Shown here: positions 37,941-47,206 of the stretch, piece by piece
How positions within the stretch are numbered: position 1 is the first letter of the stretch
How the letters are laid out: the number at the start of each line of letters is the position of its first letter
DNA from: a virus
Lineage: Duplodnaviria; Heunggongvirae; Uroviricota; Caudoviricetes
Length of the DNA stretch: 64,000 bases
Virus record (IMG/VR): IMGVR_UViG_3300025896_000023
Strand: one strand, 5' to 3'
The notes under the pieces: generated by a model
What the model was told of the DNA's origin: nothing
The model's input: only the letters and a program-made list of their open reading frames with translations
Databases searched by the model: none
Translations under genes and position numbers: made by a program

Positions 37941-38375
37941 ATGAAAAGAACAGAAGCCGAAATCAGAGAAGCTATTGAAAATAGCAATTCAATGTGTCAA
38001 GCTGCAGATAAACTTGGACTAGCCTTTTCAACGTTTAAAACATACGCACAAAATATTGGATTGTATAGTCCAATTGATAATAAGGCAGGTAAAGGAACTT
38101 ATAAAGTTAAGAAAAAACTAGAAGATGTCTTTACTGGAAAAGAACATTTAGTTACTAGTCAATTAAGAAATAGATTAGTAAGAGAAGGTTATAAGGAATA
38201 TAAGTGCGAACATTGTGGAATTGATGAATGGGAAGGAATAAGGATTGGATTGGAACTCGATCATATTTCGGGAGTTAGATCAGATAACTCTTTAGAAAAT
38301 TTAAGACTTCTTTGTCCTAATTGCCATAGTCAAACCCATACATTTAGAGGTAGAAATATTGCTAAAAATGTTTAA
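37941..38375 (+). CDS. HNH homing endonuclease with N-terminal HTH, embedded in the tRNA cluster
   Basis: CEHCGIDEWEG...LELDHISGVRSDNSLENLRLLCPNCHSQTH; stop is 3 nt before tRNA-Leu. Confidence 0.65.
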   Translation: MKRTEAEIREAIENSNSMCQAADKLGLAFSTFKTYAQNIGLYSPIDNKAGKGTYKVKKKLEDVFTGKEHLVTSQLRNRLVREGYKEYKCEHCGIDEWEGIRIGLELDHISGVRSDNSLENLRLLCPNCHSQTHTFRGRNIAKNV

Positions 38376-38377
38376 TC

Positions 38378-38457
38378 GCTCGGGTGATGAAATTGGTAAA
38401 CATGCACGACTTAAAATCGTGTGCGAAAGCTTGCGGGTTCGATTCCCGCCCCGAGTA
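38378..38457 (+). tRNA. tRNA-Leu (anticodon TAA), type II
   Basis: Acceptor GCTCGGG/CCCGAGT, anticodon arm CACGA-CTTAAAA-TCGTG, long variable arm, T arm GCGGG-TTCGATT-CCCGC. Confidence 0.7.
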
Positions 38458-38465
38458 CTATAAAT

Positions 38466-38550
38466 GGAAGATTGGCAGAGTGGTCGATCGCGGCAGTCTT
38501 GAAAACTGTTGTACTGCAAGGTACCGTAGGTTCGAATCCTACATCTTCCG
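38466..38550 (+). tRNA. tRNA-Ser (anticodon TGA), type II
   Basis: Acceptor GGAAGAT/ATCTTCC perfect; anticodon loop CTTGAAA; variable-arm hairpin GTAC-TGCAAG-GTAC; T arm GTAGG-TTCGAAT-CCTAC. Confidence 0.7.
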
Positions 38551-38593
38551 CCTTTTTCAATTTATTAATAAAAAAAAGTAAATTGAAGTTAAG

Positions 38594-38700
38594 TCTTTAG
38601 AATAAGACATTAAAGAATTCAAATGTTGGAATGTTAATTATTCCTAAAATTACTATAAAGGTGATGTTAGTAACCTTCCAACAATGGGCTGTTCGTTTAG
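38594..38700 (+). repeat. copy A of an approximately 100-nt element with two conserved hairpins (AGAATT..AATTCT; AAGGT..ACCTT)
   Basis: About 75 percent identical to 39336..39425. Confidence 0.45.
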
Positions 38701-38734
38701 AGGCAAGACGCGAGACTCCGACACTTGAAAGATG

Positions 38735-38760
38735 GGTTCGATTCCCATACGGTCCACAAA
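38735..38760 (+). ncRNA. orphan T-arm plus 3' acceptor module (ATGGG-TTCGATT-CCCAT ACGGTCC)
   Basis: No 5' partner GGACCGT found nearby. Confidence 0.2.
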
Positions 38761-38888
38761 ATTAATAATGTCTTCGATATTCTGTTGTATTTTCATGAAC
38801 TACAATAGAGTATGTTAGGTTGAAATGCCTTGCTACCGCCAAGAGTTAAGGCTTTTAAAGTCTGGGCTACGAACAGTCGGAGTCAATA

Positions 38889-39191
38889 TTGAAAATATTA
38901 TTAATCTTATTAAACTATTTAAAAATGAATGAAGTAGCAGTAACAGTATTACCACATCCCATAACGACTTTTATCTTAGGGGCCTTAATTTTCTCAATGG
39001 CATTTATCTTTATGGAATTTAAAAGGCTTGTCGCGGAGACAAAGACATTTAATATTCTACTTAAAAAATTAGAAGAACATTGTGACAAAATGGAAATCAG
39101 CTTTGACAATAAATTGGACGAAGTTTCAAGAAAGGTAGATTCAAGAGTTGATAAAGCTATTTCTGTTGCTAGAAGAAAAATAGATAAATAG
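38889..39191 (+). CDS. membrane protein between tRNA genes
   Basis: 100 aa; TM followed by a charged coiled tail. Confidence 0.35.
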   Translation: MKILLILLNYLKMNEVAVTVLPHPITTFILGALIFSMAFIFMEFKRLVAETKTFNILLKKLEEHCDKMEISFDNKLDEVSRKVDSRVDKAISVARRKIDK

Positions 39192-39198
39192 TTAAATT

Positions 39199-39270
39199 GG
39201 TCCATTCGTTCAACGGTTAGGATGCTACCCTGTCACGGTAGCGATGAGAGTTCGATTCTCTCATGGACCG
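39199..39270 (+). tRNA. tRNA-Asp (anticodon GTC)
   Basis: Acceptor GGTCCAT/ATGGACC, D arm GTTC..GGAT, anticodon arm CTACC-CTGTCAC-GGTAG, T arm GAGAG-TTCGATT-CTCTC. Confidence 0.75.
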
Positions 39271-39335
39271 CTTCTTAAAACCGAATCACGTTAAGGTAGT
39301 AGTAGTCTCGTGCGGTAACGATGAAACAGTCGTTG

Positions 39336-39425
39336 AGTCTTTTAGAACAAGACATAAAAGAATTCGAAACCTTAGAAGTAATTCTTAAAACTATCAATGA
39401 AGGTGATATCGGTGACCTTCTAATC
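39336..39425 (+). repeat. copy B of the approximately 100-nt hairpin-bearing element
   Basis: Same blocks in the same order as 38594..38700. Confidence 0.45.
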
Positions 39426-39432
39426 CACACAA

Positions 39433-39458
39433 AAATGGGGCTTCGGTCCCATTTTTTT
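39433..39458 (+). terminator. rho-independent terminator closing tRNA cluster 1
   Basis: AAATGGG-GCTTCGGT-CCCATTT then TTTT. Confidence 0.65.
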
Positions 39459-39506
39459 ATGAAACAAACTCTCTACTTTTAATATAAATACTAAAATCAT
39501 ATTAAC

Positions 39507-39932
39507 ATGAAAGATATATTACTATTTTGGCCTCGATTCTTTAATGAGGCATGGATTACAAGAAAATACTACAATGCAGTTAAAGGTATTGAAAAAGAAT
39601 TAAATAAATCTAATTTAAGAATTGATTGGATTGGTAGAATTTATGGTGTTGTAGAAATCAAAGAAGAATTTAGAACACAACCTGAAATGATACAGCAATC
39701 AATGGTATTTCAGGAATTAGGACCAATTAACGAAATTCTAATGAAATATGGTTTATCTGATTTATCATATCCTGAAATAAGTAAAATTCCAGAAACAAAC
39801 CAATTTCTTGTAGTTTTATATCCTGAAAATGATTACTTCAATACAATTTCTTTCTTAAGAAATATCATTTTCTTAGGTATATTATTCGGTGCTAGTTTTT
39901 TAGTAAATGAGTTAATTAACTTATTTGTATGA
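39507..39932 (+). CDS. hypothetical protein
   Basis: 141 aa, hydrophobic C-terminus. Confidence 0.4.
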   Translation: MKDILLFWPRFFNEAWITRKYYNAVKGIEKELNKSNLRIDWIGRIYGVVEIKEEFRTQPEMIQQSMVFQELGPINEILMKYGLSDLSYPEISKIPETNQFLVVLYPENDYFNTISFLRNIIFLGILFGASFLVNELINLFV

Positions 39933-40672
39933 ATGAACGCATAGAACGTGTTGAAGTCAATGGATTAAGACATTACAAGGTTACTGTTGATGGCGAGATT
40001 ATAGGAGTCTTTCCAAGTATGACAACGATTCTTGGTGAAACAAAGGAAAAAGGTGGATTTGATGAATGGCGAAATAAAGTAGGTCATGAAGAGGCAGATA
40101 GAATCTCAAATCTATCAATGAATCGAGGTACAATTATGCATAGACTTATTGAATTGTATAAAGGTATTAAGGGTACTCCAGCTGAACGTTTGCTAGAGTT
40201 GAAGAATATTGCATCAACCGATAAAGAGGTCAATCAATTTAACAAGGATCCATTAGGAGATGAATGGTTAAAGGCCGGGTGGGAATTCTTTATGAAGTTT
40301 TGGAATCACCCTGTTGAATTTTTCGATAGAATCGAGGAGGTACTTGCCGCTGAAAGATTTATATGGTCAAAAAGAGGTTATGCTGGCACACTTGATAATG
40401 TATCTAATACATTTGATAGAGGAGTACTTATCATTGATTATAAGAATAGTAGAAAGCCAAAGAAAGACGAGTGGATAGAAGATTATTTCTGTCAAGTTGC
40501 AGGTTATTCTGTTGCATATTATGAAAGAACTGGAATAGTTCCACAGGGTTGCGAAATATGGATGGCAAATGAAGTAGAAGACAAACCACAGATATTTAAA
40601 ATGACATACGATGATATGAAATACTATTTTAAAGAATTTATGAAACGATTAAGACAATACAATGAGAAATAA
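39929..40672 (+). CDS. PD-(D/E)xK superfamily nuclease-like protein
   Basis: GTLD...VLIIDYKNSRKPK resembles the D...(D/E)xK core. Confidence 0.45.
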   Translation: MNERIERVEVNGLRHYKVTVDGEIIGVFPSMTTILGETKEKGGFDEWRNKVGHEEADRISNLSMNRGTIMHRLIELYKGIKGTPAERLLELKNIASTDKEVNQFNKDPLGDEWLKAGWEFFMKFWNHPVEFFDRIEEVLAAERFIWSKRGYAGTLDNVSNTFDRGVLIIDYKNSRKPKKDEWIEDYFCQVAGYSVAYYERTGIVPQGCEIWMANEVEDKPQIFKMTYDDMKYYFKEFMKRLRQYNEK

Positions 40673-41315
40673 AACAGAAGATACATGGCAAATCTTGAGA
40701 ATTCAAGGTGAATTTACAAAAGGATTTGATATATTTAGTGAACTTGATGCATGCATCTCAGTATTTGGAAGCGCAAGAACAGAAGTTGATAGTAAATGGT
40801 ATGAAGAAGCTAGAAAGTTTGGTTCATTAATTTGTGGAGAAGGATTTGGTGTAATTACAGGAGGAGGTCCAGGTATTATGCAAGCTGCAAATCAAGGTGC
40901 AAAGGAATCTGGAGGTAAATCAATTGGAATTGGAATTGAATTACCATTCGAAAATGGCATGAATCCATACGTAGATCTTGGCGTTGAAAATAGATATTTT
41001 TTTACACGAAAGGTAATGTTCCTTAAATATTCACAAGGATTTGTAGTATTTCCAGGTGGTTTAGGAACTCTTGATGAATTCTTTGAGGCAGTTACCCTCG
41101 CACAGTGTGGCCACAATATTAAATATCCAATAGTATTAGTTGGTAAGGATTATTGGACAGGACTAATAGATTGGTTAAAAAATGTTGCAGTTGAAAATGG
41201 AATGATCAGTGAAAAGGATTTAAATCTTTTTAGAATAGTAGACACTGCATCAGATGCCAGAGATAAAATAGTAGAATATCATAACAAATATAAAACTAGC
41301 GAAACTAATTTCTAA
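40662..41315 (+). CDS. LOG-family protein (Rossmann-fold nucleotide N-glycosidase, PpnN/cytokinin-riboside-5'-monophosphate phosphoribohydrolase type)
   Basis: ISVFGSAR...GGGPGIMQAANQGA...VFPGGLGTLDEFFE (PGGxGTxxE). Confidence 0.7.
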   Translation: MRNKTEDTWQILRIQGEFTKGFDIFSELDACISVFGSARTEVDSKWYEEARKFGSLICGEGFGVITGGGPGIMQAANQGAKESGGKSIGIGIELPFENGMNPYVDLGVENRYFFTRKVMFLKYSQGFVVFPGGLGTLDEFFEAVTLAQCGHNIKYPIVLVGKDYWTGLIDWLKNVAVENGMISEKDLNLFRIVDTASDARDKIVEYHNKYKTSETNF

Positions 41316-41652
41316 AATAATTAACCCAAGAAAATAGTTTACGAGATTTTAAATAGTCAGGATTTGATTGATTCTCGTAAGCTTCTTTTTCGAATGAAAT
41401 ATTATAGTAAGATTTCTTAGTAGATCCATATATAAAGATACCAATAAACCATTCAAATAAATATAAAATATAGAATGGAATTACTAATAGTTCTTGTTGT
41501 TGCTTGATATGAATACTTTCATGATTAATTACAATCCAATTCTTATTCGGTCTAATAATTACAAATGGCCAAATAGTTATACCTCCAACTCGCATAAACC
41601 AACTTATAGAGTTTAGGAATGATTCTGATTTAATTATAATAGGTGTTTTCAT
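41305..41652 (-). CDS. only clear minus-strand gene: small membrane protein with HExxH (putative zinc metallopeptidase)
   Basis: Fills an otherwise empty 400-bp gap; NHESIHIKQ HExxH followed by TM helices. Confidence 0.4.
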   Translation of the reverse strand: MKTPIIIKSESFLNSISWFMRVGGITIWPFVIIRPNKNWIVINHESIHIKQQQELLVIPFYILYLFEWFIGIFIYGSTKKSYYNISFEKEAYENQSNPDYLKSRKLFSWVNYFRN

Positions 41653-41712
41653 ATTGTATATATTTGAAACTATTTTTAAAAATAAAATATAATTTTAAAC
41701 TAAATAAATTAA

Positions 41713-42798
41713 ATGAAAGCAAATAAAAAATTTCTGTACAATTACTTAAATGCATTTTCGCCAGTTGCACAAGAACAAGAGGGCCAAAGGATATGGGTAG
41801 ATTATATTAGTCAATTTGCTGATACAGTAAAGACGGATGCATACGGAACCGCATATGGAGTACTTAATCGTAAGACAAAAGCAGGAGATGGCATTAAAAT
41901 TACAACACACAAGGTAGTTATCGAAGCACATTGTGACGAAATCGCATGGATTATTACACATATCGAAAGTGATGGAATGATCAGAGTTAAAAGGCATGGA
42001 GGTTCAGATAATATGATTGCTCCTTCTAAAACAGTAATGATTCATACACATGATGGCAAAAAATTACGTGGTCTTTTTGGATGGCCAGCAATTCATACTC
42101 GTGCCGAATATACATCAAAGGGATATGAGCAACAAGAACTATGGGTAGATATGGGACTTGCTGACAAAGAAGCAGTTGATAAGGCAGGTGTTGAAATCGG
42201 AAATCTAATTACATTTGATACTCAATTAGAAGAAATTGGAGACTATTATGTAGGTCGTTCATTGGATAATAAGATTGGTGGTTATATCATTGCAGAAGCA
42301 CTTAGAGAGATTGTAGAGCAAAAAATAAACCTTCCATATGATTTATATGTAGTTAATTCAGTACAAGAAGAGGTTGGCTTACATGGTGCCAAGTTAATAG
42401 CAAAAACATTAAAGGCAGATTTGGCATTGGTGCATGACGTTTGCCATAATACGAATACTCCTAAAATTGATAAAGCAAAAGATGGAGATAATAAAGGAGG
42501 AGCTGGACCATGTTTGGAATATACTGCACAAAACCACAGAGAAATTAATAAAATGTTAAGAGAAGTTGCAAAGGAATCTAATATTCCAGTTCAATTAACA
42601 GTAGGATCTATGGGTAATGATACAATGGCATTCTTTCTAGAAGGTACACCGACCGCTATTTTAGCAACTCCATTAAAATATATGCATACTACTTGCGAAA
42701 TGGCTCATCGCCGAGACGTAAAATATGCAATCAAATTATTTGTCGAGTTCTTAAAGGCTTTAACACCTGAAAAAATTGATGCTATTAATAGAGCTTAA
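41713..42798 (+). CDS. M42-family (FrvX/glutamyl-aminopeptidase-like) metallopeptidase
   Basis: GRSLDNKIGG and overall 361-aa M42 layout. Confidence 0.55.
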   Translation: MKANKKFLYNYLNAFSPVAQEQEGQRIWVDYISQFADTVKTDAYGTAYGVLNRKTKAGDGIKITTHKVVIEAHCDEIAWIITHIESDGMIRVKRHGGSDNMIAPSKTVMIHTHDGKKLRGLFGWPAIHTRAEYTSKGYEQQELWVDMGLADKEAVDKAGVEIGNLITFDTQLEEIGDYYVGRSLDNKIGGYIIAEALREIVEQKINLPYDLYVVNSVQEEVGLHGAKLIAKTLKADLALVHDVCHNTNTPKIDKAKDGDNKGGAGPCLEYTAQNHREINKMLREVAKESNIPVQLTVGSMGNDTMAFFLEGTPTAILATPLKYMHTTCEMAHRRDVKYAIKLFVEFLKALTPEKIDAINRA

Positions 42799-42800
42799 TT

Positions 42801-43475
42801 ATGATAACTTTTATAATTCCAACACTCTGGAAATCAGATAGAATCAACGATACCATAAATTCATTTAATAGATGCAGTAATCCAGATATTGAATTAATAA
42901 TAATCGATAATACAAATTCAGATTATGTATCAAATGATAAAAGGATTAAGGTTATAAAACAGAAACAAAATATCTTTGTAAATCCAGCATGGAATTTAGG
43001 AGTATCTATGTCACATAATAAATATGTGTGTATTGTCAATGATGACATTTCTCTTAATATAAATGTATTACTTAATAATTTAGATAATTTTATAGAAACA
43101 GATCCAAACTTTGGTATTATAGGTTGCAATGAAAATAACATACGAAAATACAAAGATACCAACAGCGATACTGATGTTTTGTCTCTGATTGAATTAGATA
43201 TTAGAACATATGGATTTGGTTGCATGATGATTTTAAATAAAAATAATTATATAGAAATCCCTGACTGTTTTAAGATATTTTACGGAGATGACTATCTATA
43301 TTATTACAATAAAAATATTTTTAATAGAAGCATTTATAGTATAGAAAATTTAAGTACTCCTGGTGAAATTTCAGTCACTAGTATAGATTTTGAAAAAGAT
43401 TACATACAGAAAGAGGATAAATATTGGCAAGATGAAATTATCAAGTTAAATGATAAAATAAACAGGAATATATAA
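42801..43475 (+). CDS. family-2-like glycosyltransferase
   Basis: FIIPT...ELIIIDNTNS...CIVNDDIS (DXD). Confidence 0.5.
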   Translation: MITFIIPTLWKSDRINDTINSFNRCSNPDIELIIIDNTNSDYVSNDKRIKVIKQKQNIFVNPAWNLGVSMSHNKYVCIVNDDISLNINVLLNNLDNFIETDPNFGIIGCNENNIRKYKDTNSDTDVLSLIELDIRTYGFGCMMILNKNNYIEIPDCFKIFYGDDYLYYYNKNIFNRSIYSIENLSTPGEISVTSIDFEKDYIQKEDKYWQDEIIKLNDKINRNI

Positions 43476-43988
43476 TAGCAATAAACACTTAAAAACAAAC
43501 AAATTATGGAAAAAATAAATATTTTTTTATTAAAACATGGTACTAAATTAATTTTAGCATTTATAATTTTAACTTGGTTAAAAACATGTTCAATCGATTC
43601 AGAAGTTTCAACTCTTAAAAAAGAGGCTCGTATTGAAAAAATCGTAATCGATTCATTGCCATCTGCTACTGAGATTAAAATCGAAGGATTAAAGGTTGAA
43701 AAAAGAATGATTCAGGCAACTGACAGAAAAATGTTAGATGTGCAAAGACAAACTCAAATTGAAAAAGAAATAAAAGAATTAGAATCCAAATAATGGCTAT
43801 TGAAAAAAGATCCCAAGGATTTGGTGATGATGTTGCTAAGTTTGCTAAATTAATTAAAGCAGATAAGGTTGCAGACGAAATAGCAAAGAAACTTGGTTAT
43901 AGCGGATGCGGTTGTGGAGAAAGACAAGAATCTCTAAATGATCCAGACCTTTTAATCAATAAAGTATTTTATAAAAATAAAGAAGAAG

Positions 43989-44504
43989 ATGAAAACATCA
44001 AAGAGTAAATTAGTTAATACGTTTATAATTGGAACATTTGTGTCACTTTATTTGCTTGTGAGTGTTATCTCAACTATCCACGTAATTGACTTTTTTAAAT
44101 TGTCAAACCCAGAATGGTTGGCTATTTCATTAGCAATTGGGTTTGAGGTTGGAGCTGCGGCATCGTTAGCCGCATTGATAACCTTAGATAAAATGAACAA
44201 AACATTGGTATGGGCATTATTTATTACAATTACATTAATGCAAATGCAAGGAAATATGTATTACGCGTTTATCAACCTAAAGGAATATAACGGATGGGTA
44301 GAGTTATTTAATCTTATTGAATGGGAACCTCTTGCACAAAAAAGATTATTAGCAGCAGTTTCAGGCGCTATTTTACCATTGGTTGCATTAGGATTTATTA
44401 AATCTCTAGTAGATTATATTAAACCAGAGACTGAGGCGGATGATATTAATATAAATGACCTTGATGTAATTGCAGAGGAGATTAACCATCCAAAAAAAAA
44501 GTAA
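43989..44504 (+). CDS. multi-pass membrane protein
   Basis: 171 aa, four hydrophobic helices. Confidence 0.4.
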   Translation: MKTSKSKLVNTFIIGTFVSLYLLVSVISTIHVIDFFKLSNPEWLAISLAIGFEVGAAASLAALITLDKMNKTLVWALFITITLMQMQGNMYYAFINLKEYNGWVELFNLIEWEPLAQKRLLAAVSGAILPLVALGFIKSLVDYIKPETEADDININDLDVIAEEINHPKKK

Positions 44505-44530
44505 TTAGCGTAGAAGAACAAATTGAATCA

Positions 44531-44887
44531 ATGCGAGATGTAGTTGATTCATATGATACTCTAGATGAAGAAATTACAGATTGGAATGCAACTTTAATGG
44601 ATGGCTTAGAAGAAGAGGATCCAATTGAATATGACATCATTTCGACGGATGAAAAGGAACCAGAAATTAAAACAATAATTATCGAAAAACCGATTGAGGT
44701 TATCAGAGAAGTTCCAGTAGAAGTTATCAAAGAGGTTATCAGAGAAGTTCCAGTTGAAAAAGGTATTTTAAATACTATTAATACTTTAAGTTCTTCAGCA
44801 GTAGGAGGAACTAAAGGACCTTTATACAATTTTAGAACAAGAGTCTCACCTGATGACGATAAGAATAGAAGTATTAGTCAAGATTAA
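44531..44887 (+). CDS. acidic protein with internal tandem repeat
   Basis: PIEVIREVPVEVIKEVIREVPVEKGI repeats; C-terminal KGPLYNFRT. Confidence 0.4.
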   Translation: MRDVVDSYDTLDEEITDWNATLMDGLEEEDPIEYDIISTDEKEPEIKTIIIEKPIEVIREVPVEVIKEVIREVPVEKGILNTINTLSSSAVGGTKGPLYNFRTRVSPDDDKNRSISQD

Positions 44888-44902
44888 CTTTAACATAGAA
44901 AT

Positions 44903-45322
44903 ATGAGTGAATTAATAATTGGAAAGGTTAGATTAAAAAACCAATACATAAGTAAAAAAATTGAAGCAGGGACCCTTAAACAGGTCCTTAATTCAACATA
45001 TCACACTGCATATAGACTTTATTTAATTACAAATGGAATTAAAGAACTACAGGATTTTGCAAATATTAATAGTGAAGAATATTTATTAACATCATATATT
45101 AAAACTGAATGTGGATTTGCCGGAGAAGCAAAGGATCAGATTTGGGCAATTACACATCTACAACCATTACTAAGAAAAACACCAAAATATATTTTAAGAT
45201 GTGAACTTATACATCTTAAAACAAATAAGGTTATTTATAAATGTGTTCTAGAACATAAACAGCAAACTGTTATATACAACCAAATACAAGAATGCATTGA
45301 TAATTTAAAAGAAATAATATGA
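44903..45322 (+). CDS. hypothetical protein
   Basis: 139 aa. Confidence 0.4.
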   Translation: MSELIIGKVRLKNQYISKKIEAGTLKQVLNSTYHTAYRLYLITNGIKELQDFANINSEEYLLTSYIKTECGFAGEAKDQIWAITHLQPLLRKTPKYILRCELIHLKTNKVIYKCVLEHKQQTVIYNQIQECIDNLKEII

Positions 45323-46215
45323 GAAGCTTATTAAAAAGAGGAGATAATGGAGAAGATGTTAAATTACTTCAAAAGGCCTTAGGATTAAAGGGAGATGGAA
45401 ACTTTGGTCCAAAAACAGAAGATGCTGTTAAAAACTTTCAAGGAAGTCATGGCCTTGTAATCGATGGATTAGTAGGACCAACCACTCAGCGTTTAATATT
45501 TAAACAAGACCTTGAAAACCACATAGATACACAATTAACAGTCCATTCCTTTGAATTATTATATATGGATAATGATGAATATTATTCTGGACCAAATAAA
45601 CCGGAGTATTTATTTTTGCATCATACAGCAGGCGGACCAAATCCAGTTAGCACAGTAAAGCAATGGAACGATGATATTAGGGGTAAAATTGCAACAGAGT
45701 TTGTAATTGGAGGACCATCGATAAATGGTAAAGAAACCAAATATGATGGTATAATTGTTAAATGTATGCCAGATGGTGCATATGCAAATCATCTTGGAGA
45801 TAATGGTTCTCGATCAATGCATGTTAATTCAGTAGGAATTGAAGTTTGTAATTTTGGTCCATTAACTAAAGTAGGTGAAGTATTTAAAACATACACAGGT
45901 GCAATTGTCCACAAGGATCAGGTATGCGATTTAGGATTCATATTTCGAGGAAGTAGATATTATCATAAATATTCAGATGCGCAAATAGAGGCACTCAGAG
46001 AACTAATCTTGTTTATTAAAGAACGAAATGGAATCAATATTAAAAAAGGATTAGTCGAATGGTTAAATACTAAAACGCCAGCCGAAGCATTTGATTTTAA
46101 TAAAGATGCATGGGCAGGTAAAGTTAAAGGTATGTTAAGTCACACATCAACTAGAAAAGATAAATCCGATATGTCTCCACAACCTAATTTAATCACAATG
46201 TTAAAATCTTTATAA
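45319..46215 (+). CDS. endolysin: peptidoglycan-binding domain plus N-acetylmuramoyl-L-alanine amidase-like domain
   Basis: N-terminal DVKLLQKALGLKGDGNFGPKTEDAVKNFQ (PG_binding_1-like); LFLHHTAGG amidase_2-like. Confidence 0.6.
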   Translation: MRSLLKRGDNGEDVKLLQKALGLKGDGNFGPKTEDAVKNFQGSHGLVIDGLVGPTTQRLIFKQDLENHIDTQLTVHSFELLYMDNDEYYSGPNKPEYLFLHHTAGGPNPVSTVKQWNDDIRGKIATEFVIGGPSINGKETKYDGIIVKCMPDGAYANHLGDNGSRSMHVNSVGIEVCNFGPLTKVGEVFKTYTGAIVHKDQVCDLGFIFRGSRYYHKYSDAQIEALRELILFIKERNGINIKKGLVEWLNTKTPAEAFDFNKDAWAGKVKGMLSHTSTRKDKSDMSPQPNLITMLKSL

Positions 46216-46889
46216 TGAAACCAACTGTAGATACCGGTAGAATTGAAACCATATCAAATATCTTAAATAACTCGGCTGCAAAGACAGGGGTTGAAATAGG
46301 AGTTTTTAAAGGAGAATTCTCAAGAAACATTTTAGAAAGATGGAATGGAACCTTATACCTTGTAGATCCATGGAGAGAATTATCAGATGAAGAATACCTA
46401 GACTCATCAAATCACAAGAACCATCAAGATGCTTTTGCACAAACAATGGAATCTATTAAAGGATTTGAAAACAGGGCATTTATGCTAAGAGGATTAGGAG
46501 AGGAAATGGTTCATCTGTTTCAAGATAATTCACTAGACTATATTTATATTGATGGCAATCATGATTATGACCATGTGAAACAAGACCTTGAATTATGGTG
46601 GCCAAAATTAAAAGAAGGAGGTTTACTTGCCGGCCATGATTATTTATTAGTAGATTGGCCAACCGCACCTAAAATGGATAATGGCAAAGATATACATGTA
46701 TGGGCAGATGGATACCAGTGGTCTCTCAGAGATTATCCAGGTAACGTAGAAGATGGATATGCAGGAGTATTTGGAGTTAATCCAGCTGTTGATGAATTTG
46801 TAAATGAACATAAACTAAAATATGAACTTACAAATGAATGGACATCCTCATTTATAATTATTAAACCAAAAGGAAACAAATCTAAATAA
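46215..46889 (+). CDS. class I SAM-dependent methyltransferase-like protein (TylF/Methyltransf_24-like)
   Basis: VEIGVFKGEFS...YIYIDGNHDYDHV...GGLLAGHDY. Confidence 0.5.
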   Translation: MKPTVDTGRIETISNILNNSAAKTGVEIGVFKGEFSRNILERWNGTLYLVDPWRELSDEEYLDSSNHKNHQDAFAQTMESIKGFENRAFMLRGLGEEMVHLFQDNSLDYIYIDGNHDYDHVKQDLELWWPKLKEGGLLAGHDYLLVDWPTAPKMDNGKDIHVWADGYQWSLRDYPGNVEDGYAGVFGVNPAVDEFVNEHKLKYELTNEWTSSFIIIKPKGNKSK

Positions 46890-46924
46890 ATTTATATAAT
46901 AATCAATAACTAAAATTTTAAATT

Positions 46925-47152
46925 ATGTCACAAGTTAACGAACAGGTAATTGAACAGGTAATTGAACAAAATCAGGAATCAAACCCAGATTTTCAACCAA
47001 TTTTCGAAGAGATCCAAGGAATGGACCAAACGGGAGCAGTTAATGTATTAATTCAAGCAGCGGGTCAGGCACAAGCGTCAGGAGCTCTTTCAGTTAGAGA
47101 TTCTGTGATGGTTGCTCAAGCAATTAATCTATTACAACCGGGTACGATTTAA
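46925..47152 (+). CDS. hypothetical protein
   Basis: 75 aa with VIEQVIEQ repeat. Confidence 0.35.
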   Translation: MSQVNEQVIEQVIEQNQESNPDFQPIFEEIQGMDQTGAVNVLIQAAGQAQASGALSVRDSVMVAQAINLLQPGTI

Positions 47153-47178
47153 GAATCTAACTACTGTTATTTAATCAA

Positions 47179-47206
47179 AGACTCTAAGAAATTAGGGTCT
47201 TTTTTA
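47179..47206 (+). terminator. rho-independent terminator (possibly bidirectional)
   Basis: AGACTCTAA-GAAA-TTAGGGTCT then TTTTTTATTTT; A-rich on the other side. Confidence 0.55.

Noticed and set aside
37690-38581. Track ORFs 37690..37878 (+) and 38384..38581 (+)
   Set aside because: They coincide with the hand-folded tRNA-Ala and tRNA-Leu/tRNA-Ser genes.
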